DNA of 64,000 bases from the NCBI GenBank assembly GCA_043228905.1, contig JBHGNT010000006.1, forward strand, positions 434,001 to 498,000. The letters run 5' to 3'. A program made the position numbers and the translations under genes. The notes under the pieces were generated by a model that saw only the letters and a program-made list of their open reading frames with translations, was not told the DNA's origin and made no database searches. Numbering within the stretch: the first letter of the stretch is position 1; every line of letters starts with the position of its first letter. This DNA is from Azolla caroliniana (taxonomy: Eukaryota > Plantae > Polypodiophyta). Of this stretch, positions 9,318 through 22,310 are shown piece by piece.

Positions 9318-10960
9318 AGAGTGTTAGTTGGAGTTGTTAAATACTAGGTAGAGGTGATTTATTGGTACTTTAAGGGCCACATGCATAGAGAATAATGATA
9401 ATATCTGAGGAGGGAAAATCTATGTCCGAAGCGGTTGTCTTAACAGCCTAATGTAACAGCCTCTCTCTCCCCTTGAGCTAAAAAAGGAGGGGAGAGAAGA
9501 CTGAGAAAATGATCCACGATCTGGAGGATGGAGTGCTGTCAGTTTTATTGTCGACCCCTGTCCCTCTCTTTATCTTGTGCTTTGTACCGACTCGAGGAAG
9601 ACGGCGAGGTCTCTACTCGCACAGGAAGCCTGTGAGCTCCCGACCAGAGGTTCATCTTCCTACATGTGTGTGGGTGGTGTGTGCAGCTCATATCGTTGTT
9701 GTCGGCTGAGCCTAGTTGTAATCTTTCCTCCTCTGTTAACCTATTTCGTTCTGTGACTCTCCTGGGTTTATGTTTCCGTGTTCTTGTCATTGATAAACTT
9801 TTGTAGAGTTTGCGTATCCATGCGAGTGAGCCCGTAGTGTGTCATGAGCTCATCGTTGCCTTTGGCAACCGGTCCGAATTAGTTGCATCCCGGAGCCCAT
9901 GAACTCCTCGTCCGTCATTCAAAAATCGTTCCAATTCTAACCATCTTCCTCACTTACTGACTCCTTGGTCCAAGTCCTTAGTGATCCCACCCTGAATCCT
10001 ACACGTGCATGCGGAATACCACGACAACGTTAAATCTAGTGTCTCACTATTTGTGCTTTTCTATCTTCAGTTTACTTTCTTAGCTTTGCATTTTGCTTGT
10101 TAAACCTAAATCATTGTGGTCGGTCCCTAATTTAAAACACACTTACCCACACTCCGAAGGGATATTGAACACAACTATAGCCTCTCACTCTTATCCATCC
10201 TCGTACATCTCATATGGGCAATAGTGATAAGAGAGGATTCCTTGGTGTTTACCTTATCATTAGTGGAATTTGAGAGAGTGGGAGTGGGTGAAGTCGTAGG
10301 AGCTTGTTGTCTCTTATCAGGTCGTTTATTAGAGCTCTTCAAAATTATGGGCATTGGTGTCGCCAATATCGTTGTTGTTGGGTATATGTCCCTCCAGTGG
10401 GAGGAGGAGCCGACTATCCAGGAGTAGTTGACAGTCGATAACTACGAGGAGCTGACTGTTTGGAAATATCCGACAATCGAAGAGTCGAAAACAGAGAGTC
10501 GATTGTTTAATAGTTCGACTATTAATATTATAGCAATAATAGTAACGATATGTAGCAATGGCTAAAATTGTAAACAGCCTATACAGTGTATAAGTATAAA
10601 GACACTTAGGGCAAAACGTTGATGTGTGTGTGTAGAACAGAAGTAGTGTGAGAGCATGTGAGATAGAGAGTGAGTGAGAGCGGCGCCATAGCTGTGTGCG
10701 TAACATCAGACGCCAAGAGCCCTGCGTGGCTGATACACTCAAAGGAGTGTTGTAACATTCTGTGTTGTATATCCACTATACATAGTGAAGCTCTATTCTC
10801 GTGGTGTTCTCCCGTTTTAGGGTTTCCACGTTAAATCTCTATGCACCATTGTTGTCTTGTTTTCTGGCATATCTGTGATTCGTATTTTAGCACAGTTCGT
10901 TTATTGTGATTTGACCGAACGATTCTTCAAGAAACTGGTATCAGAGCTTGAGGTGCAAGC

Positions 10961-13900
10961 ATGGAAGGAGGTATGAGCGGTTTCCCAGGTATGATAGTTC
11001 TAAACTCACAGAACTATGTAGACTGGAAGATAAAGATGGAAGACCTCCTCATCGTGAAAGACCTGTATGAGCCAGTCGACAGAGCAGATATACCCAAGGG
11101 GGTATTCGAGTCGGATTGGAAACTTCTAAACAAAAAGGTTGTTGCCACCATCTGATAGTGCGTCGACGTAAGTGTCCTTCAGCATTTGGCGAACAACACA
11201 AATGCTCACGAGATGTGGCAGAAGTTGTCGGGTCTGTATGAGAGGAAGAACGTGCTCAATAAAACCTTGCTGATGAGAAAAATCGTAATGTTGAAATACA
11301 GAGACGGTGAGAACATCGTCGAACACATCAACACGTTCATGGTGTATGTAAATCAACTTGCTGCGACCAAGTTTCCCTTGGATGATGCAATGCAGGACAT
11401 CTTGCTGATGTGCACACTACGGGATTGCTGGGAGAACCTGGTGGTTACTCTTAGAACCTCCTGTCAAGAAGAGAACTTGTCTTTACAAACGGTGAAGACA
11501 AGCATCCTAAATGAGGAGGCAAGGAGGAAGGACAAGGGAGTCCTGTCCCAGTTGGAGTCGAATGTAACACAACATTTGGACAGAGGAAGGAACCGGTAAA
11601 GAAAGTCCCAAGCCAGATCGAAGTCTAGAGGTAGGCTAGTGTGCTTTTATTGTGGTAAACCTAGACACTTCCAGAAGGACTGCTGACACATGAGAAAAGA
11701 CAAGGGTGTCAGAAACAATGTCAAACCCAAGAAGATTCCTGATGAGAAGAACATTTCTACCATTGCTACGAGCAATGAAGAACTGTTGTTCATCTGCAAA
11801 CAGACAAGTGCAAATCTTGCAAGTGAAGTATGCACTTGGGTGATCGATTCCAGAGCATCGTTCCACATAACTCCGTCGAGAGAGTATTTCTCGACTTCCA
11901 TAGTCGGGAATCATGGCTATCTAAAGATGGGTGACAGTGGAGACTGCAAGGTAACCAGAGTTGGAAGTGTCTACTTGACGACGTCAACAGGGTGTCAACT
12001 GACTCTGAAGGATGTTCGACACGTCCCTAATATTAGATTGAATCTGATATCGAATGGAAAGTTAGATGACAAAGGCTATAGTGGTAGCTTTCGGAATGGG
12101 AAGTGGAAGTTGTGCCGAGGGAATCTTATAGTAGCCCGAGCACAGAAAGAAGGCACATTATATATGATGCATGCTCGACTGTGCAAATCAAAAATAAATG
12201 TGGCAGCCGACTCGGCAGGAGAGATATGGCATAAGAGGCTAGGCCACATGAGTGAGAAAGGAATGCACCTGCTAGCTGACCAAAAGCTTCTACCAGAAGT
12301 CAAGGGAGTGCACCTAGAGAAGTGCGTCGACTGCTTAGTCGGAAAGCAGAACAGAGTAGCATTTCACACAAGGCCACCAAGAAGAAGAGAGGTTGCACTG
12401 GAACTGGTGCACACGGATGTGTGCTATGTGGATGCTCCATCGCATCAAGGTGGACAGTACTTTGTGACATTCATTAACGACTATAGTCGGAAGACATGGG
12501 CCTTCATACTGAAGTCAAAGGATCAAGTACTGTTGGTTTTCAAGGAGTTCCAGGCTAGAGCTGAACGAGAGTCAGGTTGGAAGCTGAAGGTTGTTCGAAT
12601 CGACAACAATGGTGAGTATAGAGGGCAGTTCGAGGAATACTGCAAGTGCCAAGGTATTCGGATCGAATACACAATGCCAAAGACCCCAGTTGGAGTCGAA
12701 TGTAACACAACATTTGGACAGAGGAAGGAACCGGTAAAGAAAGTCCCAAGCCAGATCGAAGTCTAGAGGTAGGCTAGTGTGCTTTTATTGTGGTAAACCT
12801 AGACACTTCCAGAAGGACTGCTGACACATGAGAAAAGACAAGGGTGTCAGAAACAATGTCAAACCCAAGAAGATTCCTGATGAGAAGAACATTTCTACCA
12901 TTGCTACGAGCAATGAAGAACTGTTGTTCATCTGCAAACAGACAAGTGCAAATCTTGCAAGTGAAGAATGCACTTGGGTGATCGATTCCAGAGCATCGTT
13001 CCACATAACTCCGTCGAGAGAGTATTTCTCGACTTCCATAGTCGGGAATCATGGCTATCTAAAGATGGGTGACAGTGGAGACTGCAAGGTAACCAGAGTT
13101 GGAAGTGTCTACTTGACGACGTCAACAGGGTGTCAACTGACTCTGAAGGATGTTCGACACGTCCCTAATATTAGATTGAATCTGATATCGAATGGAAAGT
13201 TAGATGACAAAGGCTATAGTGGTAGCTTTCGGAATGGGAAGTGGAAGTTGTGCCGAGGGAATCTTATAGTAGCCCGAGCACAGAAAGAAGGCACATTATA
13301 TATGATGCATGCTCGACTGTGCAAATCAAAAATAAATGTGGCAGCCGACTCGGCAGGAGAGATATGGCATAAGAGGCTAGGCCACATGAGTGAGAAAGGA
13401 ATGCACCTGCTAGCTGACCAAAAGCTTCTACCAGAAGTCAAGGGAGTGCACCTAGAGAAGTGCGTCGACTGCTTAGTCGGAAAGCAGAACAGAGTAGCAT
13501 TTCACACAAGGCCACCAAGAAGAAGAGAGGTTGCACTGGAGCTGGTGCACATGGATGTGTGCTATGTGGATGCTCCATCGCATCAAGGTGGACAGTACTT
13601 TGTGACATTCATTAACGACTATAGTCGGAAGACATGGGCCTTCATACTGAAGTCAAAGGATCAAGTACTGTTGGTTTTCAAGGAGTTCCAGGCTAGAGCT
13701 GAACGAGAGTCAGGTTGGAAGCTGAAGGTTGTTCGAATCGACAACAATGGTGAGTATAGAGGGCAGTTCGAGGAATACTGCAAGTGCCAAGGTATTCGGA
13801 TCGAATACACAATGCCAAAGACCCCAGAGTTGAACTGGCTTGCAAAGAGGATGAATCGAACAATCATGGAGAGGGTAAGGAGCATGCTCTCACATGCAAA

Positions 13901-16138
13901 ACTACCGAAATCCTATTGGGTTGAGGCGATGTACACAGTTGTTTATCTGATCAACAAGTCTCCCTCAGTACCATTAAAGGGTGATGTCCCACAGAGACTG
14001 TGGACAGGGAAGGATGTCTCCTACCAACACCTGAGGGTGTTCGGATGTTTGGGTATATGTACATACCAAAGGATCAAATTTCAAAGCTCGACAGTAAGTC
14101 GAAGGCATGCATATTCATGGGATACTCAGAAGATGAGTTCGGTTATAGGCTATGGAACCTAGTCGACAAGAAGGTAGTGAGAAGTCGGGATGTAGTCTTT
14201 CTAGAAGATAAGATAATTGAAGACTGGAAGCAACAGAAGTCAAAATCGACTCCCTGGTCAACCTCGACTACCATCGACTTAAGGCCAAGTGAGTCGCCAC
14301 CGACAGCTGTAAGTAGACAACTGGCCGATAGAGTTGAATCTGAGTTGGTCGACTCGGAGAGACCGACTGACCATGAGTCAGAGTCGGTAGAGGTGCAAAG
14401 GTCAATTGATGAATATGAGTTGGAGTTGTCCAACCAAGAGAGGCTGATTGACGAGCAGAATCCCGAGCAGAGAGAGGAGTTGGTAGAGACATCCAAAAGA
14501 GAGCCAACAACGAGTGGAAGAAGATACCCACTCAGGGAGAGGAAATCACCGATTACATATGCCAGCCAATACATCATCTTGATTGATGAAGGTGAACCAA
14601 AGTGCTATCAAGAAGCCATTGCCGACGAGCACAGAGCGAAATGGCTACGCACGATGTAAGATGCGTTGGAACCCTTGCACAAGAATTACACCAATGACCT
14701 GGTAGAGCTGCGGAAAGGTAAGAGAGCACTCAAGAATAAATGGTTCTACAAAGTGAAGACTAGAGAAGCTGACAATGAGCCCAGGTATAAAGCCCGCATA
14801 GTGGTGAAGGGTTTTCAACATAAAAAGGGCGTCGACTTTGACGAAATATTCGCACCAGTCGTGAAGATGACATCCATTCGAACAGTTCTAAGCATACCGA
14901 CCAGTATGGATCTAGAGATTGAACAATTGGATGTCAAAACCGCATTTCTGCACGGGGAGCAAGAAGAAGAAATCTATATGCAGCAACCCGAATGCTTTGA
15001 GGAGAAAGGGAAAGAGAACCTGGTGTGTCGACTGAAGAAAAGCTTGTATGGTCTGAAACAAGCTCCACGCCAATGGTACAAGAAGTTTGAGTCCTTCATG
15101 ATGGAACACAGGTTCCAGAAAACACAGGTCGATCACTGTGTGTTCGTCAAAAGGTACGAAGAAGGATACTTCTTAATTCTCTTGTTATATGTTGATGACA
15201 TGTTGATAGTCGGTCAAGATACAAGGAAGATTGGAAGCTTGAAGAAAGCACTCGGCAAATCATTTGCCATGAAAAACCTTGGACCAGCTAAGCAGATCTT
15301 GGGCATGCACATAGTTCAGGACAGAACCAAAAGGGTGCTATGGTTCTCACAACAAAACTATGTGACGAAGATTTTAGAAAGGTTCAACATGTCGGACGCA
15401 AAGCCGGTTGGCTCAGTGTTGCCGACAAATTGCAGGTTAAATGCGAAGTAGTGCCCAAGAGGAGAAAAGGAGAAGGCCGAGATGAGGAAGGTACCGTATG
15501 CCTCGGTCGTTGGCAGTCTAATGTATGTTATGGTCTGTACGAGACCAAACATAGCATTTGTTGTAGGATCAGTAAGCCGATATATGAGTAATCCAGGGAG
15601 AGAACATTGGGCAGCAGTGAAGTGGATACTCAGGTACTTAAAGGGCACCTCGGGGGTGTGCCTAAGGTATGGTGTCGGAAAACCTGTGCTAGAAGGTTTT
15701 ACCGATTCGGACATGTCAGGAGATGTCGACTCGAGCCAATCCACATTAGGGTACGACTGCAGGGGGAGCAGTATCATGGCAGTCACGACTGCAGAAGTTT
15801 GTAGCCTTGTCGACTATAGAGGAAGAGTATATGGCTATCACAGTGAAGCAAGAACTCCTTTTGCTTTATCCCTAATTCGTTGAGAAAATTTCTAATCCAA
15901 ATTAGCTCTTTGTCGGGCTCTACACCTTGCCAAGAATGTTGCATACCACTCCCGGACCAAGCACATACAAAGAAGGTATCACTGGTTGCAGGGGAGAGTC
16001 GAAGAAGAAGAGTTTTCTCTTGTGAAGATCCATACTAATGATAATGGATATGACAGGCTCACGAAGAACCTACCTATGGACAGACTTAGAGTCTGTCGAC
16101 AAAAGACAGGATTGACAGACTCCTTCCCACAGGAGTGA
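10961..16138 (+). pseudogene. Copia gag-pol of family A (gag, zinc knuckle, protease, integrase, RT, RNase H), disrupted
   Basis: NYxx[56 protein letters not shown] and LLYVDDM motifs, with many stops and frameshifts. Confidence 0.92.
11547..13822 (+). repeat. 1138-bp near-identical tandem duplication inside copia A
   Basis: Copies 11547-12684 and 12685-13822. CCCAG microhomology at 11547, 12685 and 13823. Confidence 0.95.
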
Positions 16139-16330
16139 AGGGGGAGTTTGTTGGGTATATGTCCCTCTAGTGGGAGGAGGAGCCAACTGTCCGGGAGTAG
16201 CTGACAGTCGATAACTACGAGGAGCCAATTGTTTGGAAATAGCTGACAGTCGAAGAGTCGAAAACAGAGAGTTGATTGTTTAATAGTTCAACTATTATTA
16301 TTATAGCAATAATAGTAATGATATGTAGCA

Positions 16331-16915
16331 TTAGAATTAGAATTAGAATTTTTATCGTCCATAAAGTTGCCAATTTTGACCTATGGGACCAAAGTATACA
16401 TGTGTTCTTGATATATGTCTCCTTCCTAAGAAGGGGTATTCCTATGTTGAAGCACAAAGTCTCTATGTGTTAATAAAGCGTACACATATGAGCTCAACCT
16501 TCAAGGTGGTGTCTTAAGTATGGATCTTAAGTTATCACTCCCTCTTAGTATGTCAACATATCTTGAACGAATTGCACTATATGTCGAGCATGTGAAGAGC
16601 AAGTGAGATTCATCCTCTACCATGCCTTCATTGCATACTTTACATGTCTTCAAATTCGTTACATTTTGATACTATGATGCAACTTCAATAGCTAGATTGT
16701 GAAATCGAGTGCGAAGTAGTGTAAGGGCTCTATGAGCATTGCTACTCATATTGGTAATGAGATAAGGTTGGATAAGATCAATAGACATTCTTGCTTTATA
16801 TTGAGACCAACATTCAGGGTTGACATTTGCAATGTAGTATTCTAGCTTTGTCCTCTTAGCCTCCTCCCACTTCATCCTTAATGATTCCACCAACCTTTCC
16901 TCAATCATTACATAT
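16331..16915 (-). mobile_element. 3' part of a 5'-truncated LINE (RTE/RTEX-like) with a (ATTCTA)n tail, inserted in the copia A 3' LTR
   Basis: Tail ttagaattagaattagaa. Reverse complement of 56960-57525. Encodes LLRTRFHNLAIE..CxxC..EDE.HLLFTC. Probable TSD TGTAGCA at 16324-16330 and 33363-33369. Confidence 0.8.
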
Positions 16916-17938
16916 TGTTAAGAAACAGATCCCTCCGGATGGGATTGGTGTACCCGGCAACGGAAGACCTGGTGAGAACCGGATGACAAGTACCCGGCAA
17001 GGAAGAACTGGTATGAACCGGATGTGGAGCACTCGGCAACGGAAGACCCGGTGAGAATCAGATGACGAGTACCCAGCAAGAGCCGGATGGTGAAGGCCCG
17101 GTGAGAAGTGCTCACGGGATGAAGGGACATATTCGTAAATATGTTTTCTGAGAGTCCATTGGGGCTATATTTGTAAATAGCCGAAAAGTCATATTAGTAT
17201 AAATATGACTTATGGCAAACTCAGTAAAAATAGTAGTTGTCATTCTTGTTGGTGCAAGATTTGAGTGCGTAACTGTGTACAGAGAGAGAGAGAGAGGAAG
17301 AGGTCGTTGCCTCTGTTGTAACCGCCGCCTGTGGCGAAGATAGCAAGCTCGAGGTCGTTGCCTCGGTGCTTTACTATTGTACATTGTGATATAGTGATAG
17401 TTTGCAGTCTGTGGGCTGCCGTGGTTTTTCCCTAGTTTGGGTTTTCCATGTTAACATCCTGTGTACTCTTCTCTTCACTGTGTCGTGCGTTCATTACCCG
17501 TTTTCTGTGTTTGATCCTAGACTCGGTTGTGGCCGAGCGTCGTTGTTCATCGGGAGCATGTATTCCTGTCAAAGTGGTATCAGAGCAAAACGACACAAAA
17601 AATGGACGATTCATTGGGAGCCATGTTCAAGCTCACCGGCTCCAACTATTCGGAGTGGAAGTCAAAGATGAGGGACATCCTCGTGGTTAAAGATCTTTGG
17701 TTGCCGGTTCAGTTCGGGGACAAGAGACCGAACAAAATCAATGCCACGATATGGGAGGTGATGCACATGAAGACAACGGCCTACATAAGGTGCTTCATCG
17801 GCATGAGTCTATACAACAACTTCAATGAAGAGAGCAAGGCTCATGAGCTCTGGGAGAAGATCGGCATTATGTTTCAGAACAAAAATGTTGTTAATCAAGT
17901 TTCGGTATTTCGGAAGCTAGTAAGACTCTGGTACCAGG
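16916..17938 (+). mobile_element. Copia family B: LTR (16916-17571), PBS and truncated gag
   Basis: TGTTA..TGTCA termini. PBS TGGTATCAGAGC at 17575. gag FKLTGSNYSEWKSKMRDILVVKDLW. The LTR contains ~39-bp tandem repeats (gtacccggcaacggaagacc..gagaaccggatga). Confidence 0.85.
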
Positions 17939-19319
17939 TGTTAGGAAACAGGTCCCTCCGGATGGGAAGTGAAAAGAACAGTAATGATGAATAGGGAAGC
18001 CGGATGACGAGTACCCGCCAACAGAAGACCCGGTGAGAACCGGATGAGGAGTACCCGGCTACGGAAGACCCAATGAGAACCAGATGACAGCAACCCGGCT
18101 ACGGAAGACCTGGTGAGAACCGGATGACATGTGCCCGGCAAGCGCCGGACAATGCAGATCCGGTGAGGAGTGCTCACCGGATGAAGGGACATATTCGTAA
18201 ATATATTTTTGAGAGTCCATCGGGGCTATATTTGTAAATAGCCGAAAAGTCATATTAGTATAAATATGGCTTAGGGCAAACTTTATGAGAAGTGTGTTGT
18301 CATTGTCGTTGTCGCGATTGTGAAAGCGCAACAGTGTACAGAGAGAGAGAGAGAGAAAGAAACGAAGAGTTCGTATCTCTATTGTAACCGCCACCTGTGG
18401 CGAAGACAGTGAACAAGAGGTCGTTGCCTCTGTGTTCATCTTTTGTATATTGTTACTTAGTGATAGTTAGCAGTCAGTGGACTACCATGGTTTTTCCTAT
18501 GTTTGGGTTTTCCACGTAAACATCATGTGTACTCTTCTCTCCATTGTGTTGTGCATTCATTCCTGTTTTTTCTGTGTTTGATTCTAAGCTTGGTTGTGGC
18601 CGAGCGTCGTTCATCGGGAGCGCTGTCGCGAAAATACGACGAGGATACGTGAACTTTGAGGCAGGACCCCGGGGCCTCCGACCGGAAGATATCAGATTCA
18701 TATGATTATATTAAACAATTAATACAAAATGATAAAGATTCACAAATTTCATTAATAAAGGGAAAGAAAGATTACAATCAATCTCAAGATTGAGATTACA
18801 AAAGTTTTATCTTAAGGAGATTGCTAGAATAATAGATTAGAAGAAACTAAGATATGGATTCCATAGAGATTTAGGGTTCTTGGCTTTGATAAGAGATTAT
18901 GGTTATATGAGTATTATGGCTTCCATAGGGAAGATTAGCGGTTTTTTTAGTGTTATGGCTTCCGTAGGGAAGATTAGGGTTTTTGGATTCCGTAAGGAAA
19001 TTAGGGTTTATGAGAGATATGGCTTCCCTAAGATAAGGGAGTTGAGAAGGAAAAGAAAAATAATCGAGATAATATGGAGAGTCCGAGTGTAAGAAGAAAA
19101 ATGGAATATATATAGAGTTCTCCCTTGATCATAGCCATTCCACTTTTTGTTGCATGGCCTCTACTTTTAGTTACCTAGCTTTTTCTTTTGGTTGCATCTA
19201 ATTTTTAGTTGCATGACTTTTTCTTTTAGTTGCATGTGACCGTCCACATGACCTTTACTTTAGTTCTCTTCACTTTACTTTAGTTTGTTGCTTGACCCCA
19301 TCTTCCATCCGTCCGCGTC

Positions 19320-20055
19320 CAACCTCGTCCGGTAGCCGGTTCCACCCGATCGCTGAATCCCTTGCCAGTCGGTTCCTTTTTGCTTGCCGGTTACGGTTCC
19401 AGTTTTGCTTACCGGTTTTGCTTGCCGGCCGATTCCTTTTTGCTTGCCAGTTACGGTTCCAGTTTTGCTTACCGACCGGTTTCCGGTTTTGCTTGCCGGC
19501 CAATTCCGGTTCCGGTTTTACTTATCGACCGGTTTCTGATTTTGCTTGCTGGCCGGTTTTCGGTTTTGCTTGCCCTCCAACTTTAGTTGCTTGCGTCCAC
19601 ATGGCCTTTACTTTAATTCTCTTCACTTTACTTTAGTTTGTTGTATGATCCAATCTTTCGTCCGTCCGTGTCCAACCTCATCCGGTAGCCGGTTCCATTT
19701 TGCTTGCTAGCTGGTTCCGGTTCCGGTTTTGCTTAACGGCCGGTTTTCGGTTTGCATACCGGTTCCGGTTCCGATTTGCTTGCCGGCCAATTCCAGTTTT
19801 GCTTACCGGCCGGTTTCCAGTTTGCATACCGACCGGTTTCCGGTTCCGGTTTGCTTGCCGACCAGTTCCGGTTTGCTTGCCGGTTCCGGTTCTGGTTTTG
19901 CTTGCCGGCCGGTTTCGGTGCCGGTTTGCTTGCCGTTTCCGGTTCCGGTTCTGATTTTGCTTAACGGCCGGTTTCCGGTTTGCATACCGGCCGGTTTCAA
20001 GATTTGCTTACCAGACCGGTTTCCAGTTTTGCTTACCGGCTAGTTTCTAGTTTTA
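19320..20055. repeat. Degenerate CCGGTT / TTTTGCTTGCCGG short tandem repeat field within the LTR
   Basis: Dozens of ccggtt-based units. It explains the low-complexity ORFs at 19270-20043. Confidence 0.9.
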
Positions 20056-20429
20056 GGGAATTTGGCCACCATCATCCATCAAGACAAATTGGCCAAAGTG
20101 CTCTTAGCACAAATGAAAAATGAGGGAGCTCAAGGTGCTTATATAGCCAGGGCCTTAACTTTCCTATCTATGTGGGATAGTTCTAATTTCCCTATCTTCT
20201 CAAACTTTATTTTCACATAACTTGATATGTATTTCTCCATTTTGTATATAGTAAAATACATTTTGAAGCTCTTGAGTATATCCATCTTTCTATAGTAAGC
20301 TACTAATCTAATCTATAATAATTATTTCATTATTTTTTACATAGTGTGTGAAGATTCACACGACATTCACCCCCACCAAACCTACACATCCACCGGTATG
20401 TGCCAATTGTGATGAGACTCCATTTTTGT

Positions 20430-22310
20430 TTACTTTAATTTTTCGTTGATGTACCCGAATCGCCATTGCCATCCGATCCACCATATTCTTTGCTCAATTT
20501 GTGCATTTCCATGACCGATTGTCATGGCTCTCTTTGCTCCTCTAGAGCATAATGCTTCACTCCTTATGCATGTGCCACCTTCATCTCGGCCATCTCCTTG
20601 GTCATTTAATTTTCTCTTATCATTCTTTCTTGTTCCATGCATGTCTTTCAAAAGCCTTATCGAAATACAATTCTTGAGTACTCTTAGCAATTTGTTCTTT
20701 AGCGGCATGCTCTCCTCTAGGTCCTTAAGTGACCACATCGCATACTTCCCACTTTGTCCACTTTTATGGTATACTCTCGTCTTTGAGTTGACTATGACTT
20801 CTTCACTAGTATTATCCTTGTTAGATTTTGTGATCACATCTTTCATATCCGCTTGGCCCACTTGGCCCATATCTTTGCTTTTCGAGGTTTGCTTGGTCTC
20901 TTTGTCACACACATTAGCTTTTGTCTTCGCGCTTTGCTTGACCTCTTTGTCGCACGCATGGACTTTCATCATTTTGCTTTGCTTTACTTCCTTGTTGCAC
21001 ACATTGGCTTTAACCCTTGCTTCCTCGCCGCCATCGTCCTTCGCTTGGGTCTTACATCGATTAATGCCCAAGTCTCTCAAACGAGTGTGGAGGAATTTTG
21101 TAGTTTGGCATTGCCTTTGTCGTGCTACTCTTTGCCACTTCCACCTTATGGTTGTTCGTGTTGGCGTTGATCTTTGTTTTCTCACCGCCACCTTCCGTCT
21201 CTTGGGTCTTACATCGGTTAATGCCCAAGTCTCAAGAACTTTTGTGGGGAAAGTCTCTTCATGATCGTCTTCTACCCTCTTCGGCTTAACGTCTCCTTCT
21301 TCTTCGCATGTATTAGCCTTGACCTTCACTTCCTCGCCACCACCTTCCATCTCTTGGGTCTCACGTTTGCTTTCCAACGCATCTGCCCAAGTCTCTAGAA
21401 CAAATGTGGAGAAAGTCATGACACGACCATCCGTCATTGACTGGTCCTTAGCCACCTTTGACTCGATGTCGTTTTTCGTGGCTATCTCCTCAATCATGTC
21501 GGCCTCACACTTTTTATCTCCCTCGATCATGGAAGCTTTGCTCATGGTAGCACCTTCATCACTTGATGTTTCAGACACGATGTGTGTTCCGAAACATTTG
21601 TCTTCACTTAAAGAGGCATTTGCCACCCTCGATTCATTTGTTTCATTCTTCGCCATTGTTTCTTTGCAAGACGAGAAGGCATCTTGTTCCACATCTTCTC
21701 CCATGGTTACATCGTAGTACCGAACTTGGGCCTTTGTATCAACCGTAACATTAATCCGCATTTGTTGGGAGGCCTCTTCCTCGCTCATCATTTGCTTCAA
21801 TTTTTGCTCCTTTTGAAGCTTCTCTTCAGCCTCAACTTGCGCCTTTAAGTTCTCGAACGCCTCTTCCATCAAGACTTCTATGTCAAGTATTGTTGAACCA
21901 TTCCTCTTCGAGTTTTCTTCTTTAGGTGGTAGTTTGTAGTTGCTTCTTGTCCTCCTTTCACCATCCGTCATGGATTGTGTTGTTGCCGATAAGAATCTTG
22001 TCTTCCTCTTATCGTGCAGTTGACATACTCTTTCCACTTTCGTCCAATCCTCGGTGAGGCCATTTGCACCATCATCATCCTCAAGTTGGATTCCAATGGC
22101 ATTCCTTTCCTTCCGATCGATTGACTTCACAAACATTAGGACTTTTTCCACCCCCACCAATCTTTGATCCCGCTCCGAGAGTTGTGCAAAGCGACAGTCA
22201 AACTCAACGAAAGCATGCATGGCACTTTGGTGGGTCTTTAATGATGATACCCATTGATTGAACTCGTATAGTTTGCATCTCTTCGGTTCTTTGTGTCTAT
22301 ATGCCTCCAT
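20430..22310 (-). CDS. Gag-like retroelement ORF with a long charged, low-complexity C-terminal region (626 aa)
   Basis: Open 626 codons between the PBS-like site and the PPT. N-terminus FVEFDCRFAQLSERDQ..KVLMFVKSID..LTEDW resembles a gag capsid. No pol motifs. Confidence 0.5.
   Translation of the reverse strand: MEAYRHKEPKRCKLYEFNQWVSSLKTHQSAMHAFVEFDCRFAQLSERDQRLVGVEKVLMFVKSIDRKERNAIGIQLEDDDGANGLTEDWTKVERVCQLHDKRKTRFLSATTQSMTDGERRTRSNYKLPPKEENSKRNGSTILDIEVLMEEAFENLKAQVEAEEKLQKEQKLKQMMSEEEASQQMRINVTVDTKAQVRYYDVTMGEDVEQDAFSSCKETMAKNETNESRVANASLSEDKCFGTHIVSETSSDEGATMSKASMIEGDKKCEADMIEEIATKNDIESKVAKDQSMTDGRVMTFSTFVLETWADALESKRETQEMEGGGEEVKVKANTCEEEGDVKPKRVEDDHEETFPTKVLETWALTDVRPKRRKVAVRKQRSTPTRTTIRWKWQRVARQRQCQTTKFLHTRLRDLGINRCKTQAKDDGGEEARVKANVCNKEVKQSKMMKVHACDKEVKQSAKTKANVCDKETKQTSKSKDMGQVGQADMKDVITKSNKDNTSEEVIVNSKTRVYHKSGQSGKYAMWSLKDLEESMPLKNKLLRVLKNCISIRLLKDMHGTRKNDKRKLNDQGDGRDEGGTCIRSEALCSRGAKRAMTIGHGNAQIEQRIWWIGWQWRFGYINEKLK

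Noticed and set aside
9452-10173. Possible solo LTR (TGTAAC...ACA)
   Set aside because: The flanks (CCTAA / ACTAT) do not form a TSD and there is no second copy in the window.
19270-20043. Cluster of overlapping Arg/Phe/Pro-rich ORFs
   Set aside because: These are translations of the CCGGTT tandem repeat field in an LTR.
20524-21748. Plus-strand ORFs of 246, 105 and 132 aa
   Set aside because: They are antisense shadows of the 626-aa minus-strand ORF and have no recognisable motifs. The same applies to the many antisense ORFs over the copia, kinase and PPR genes.
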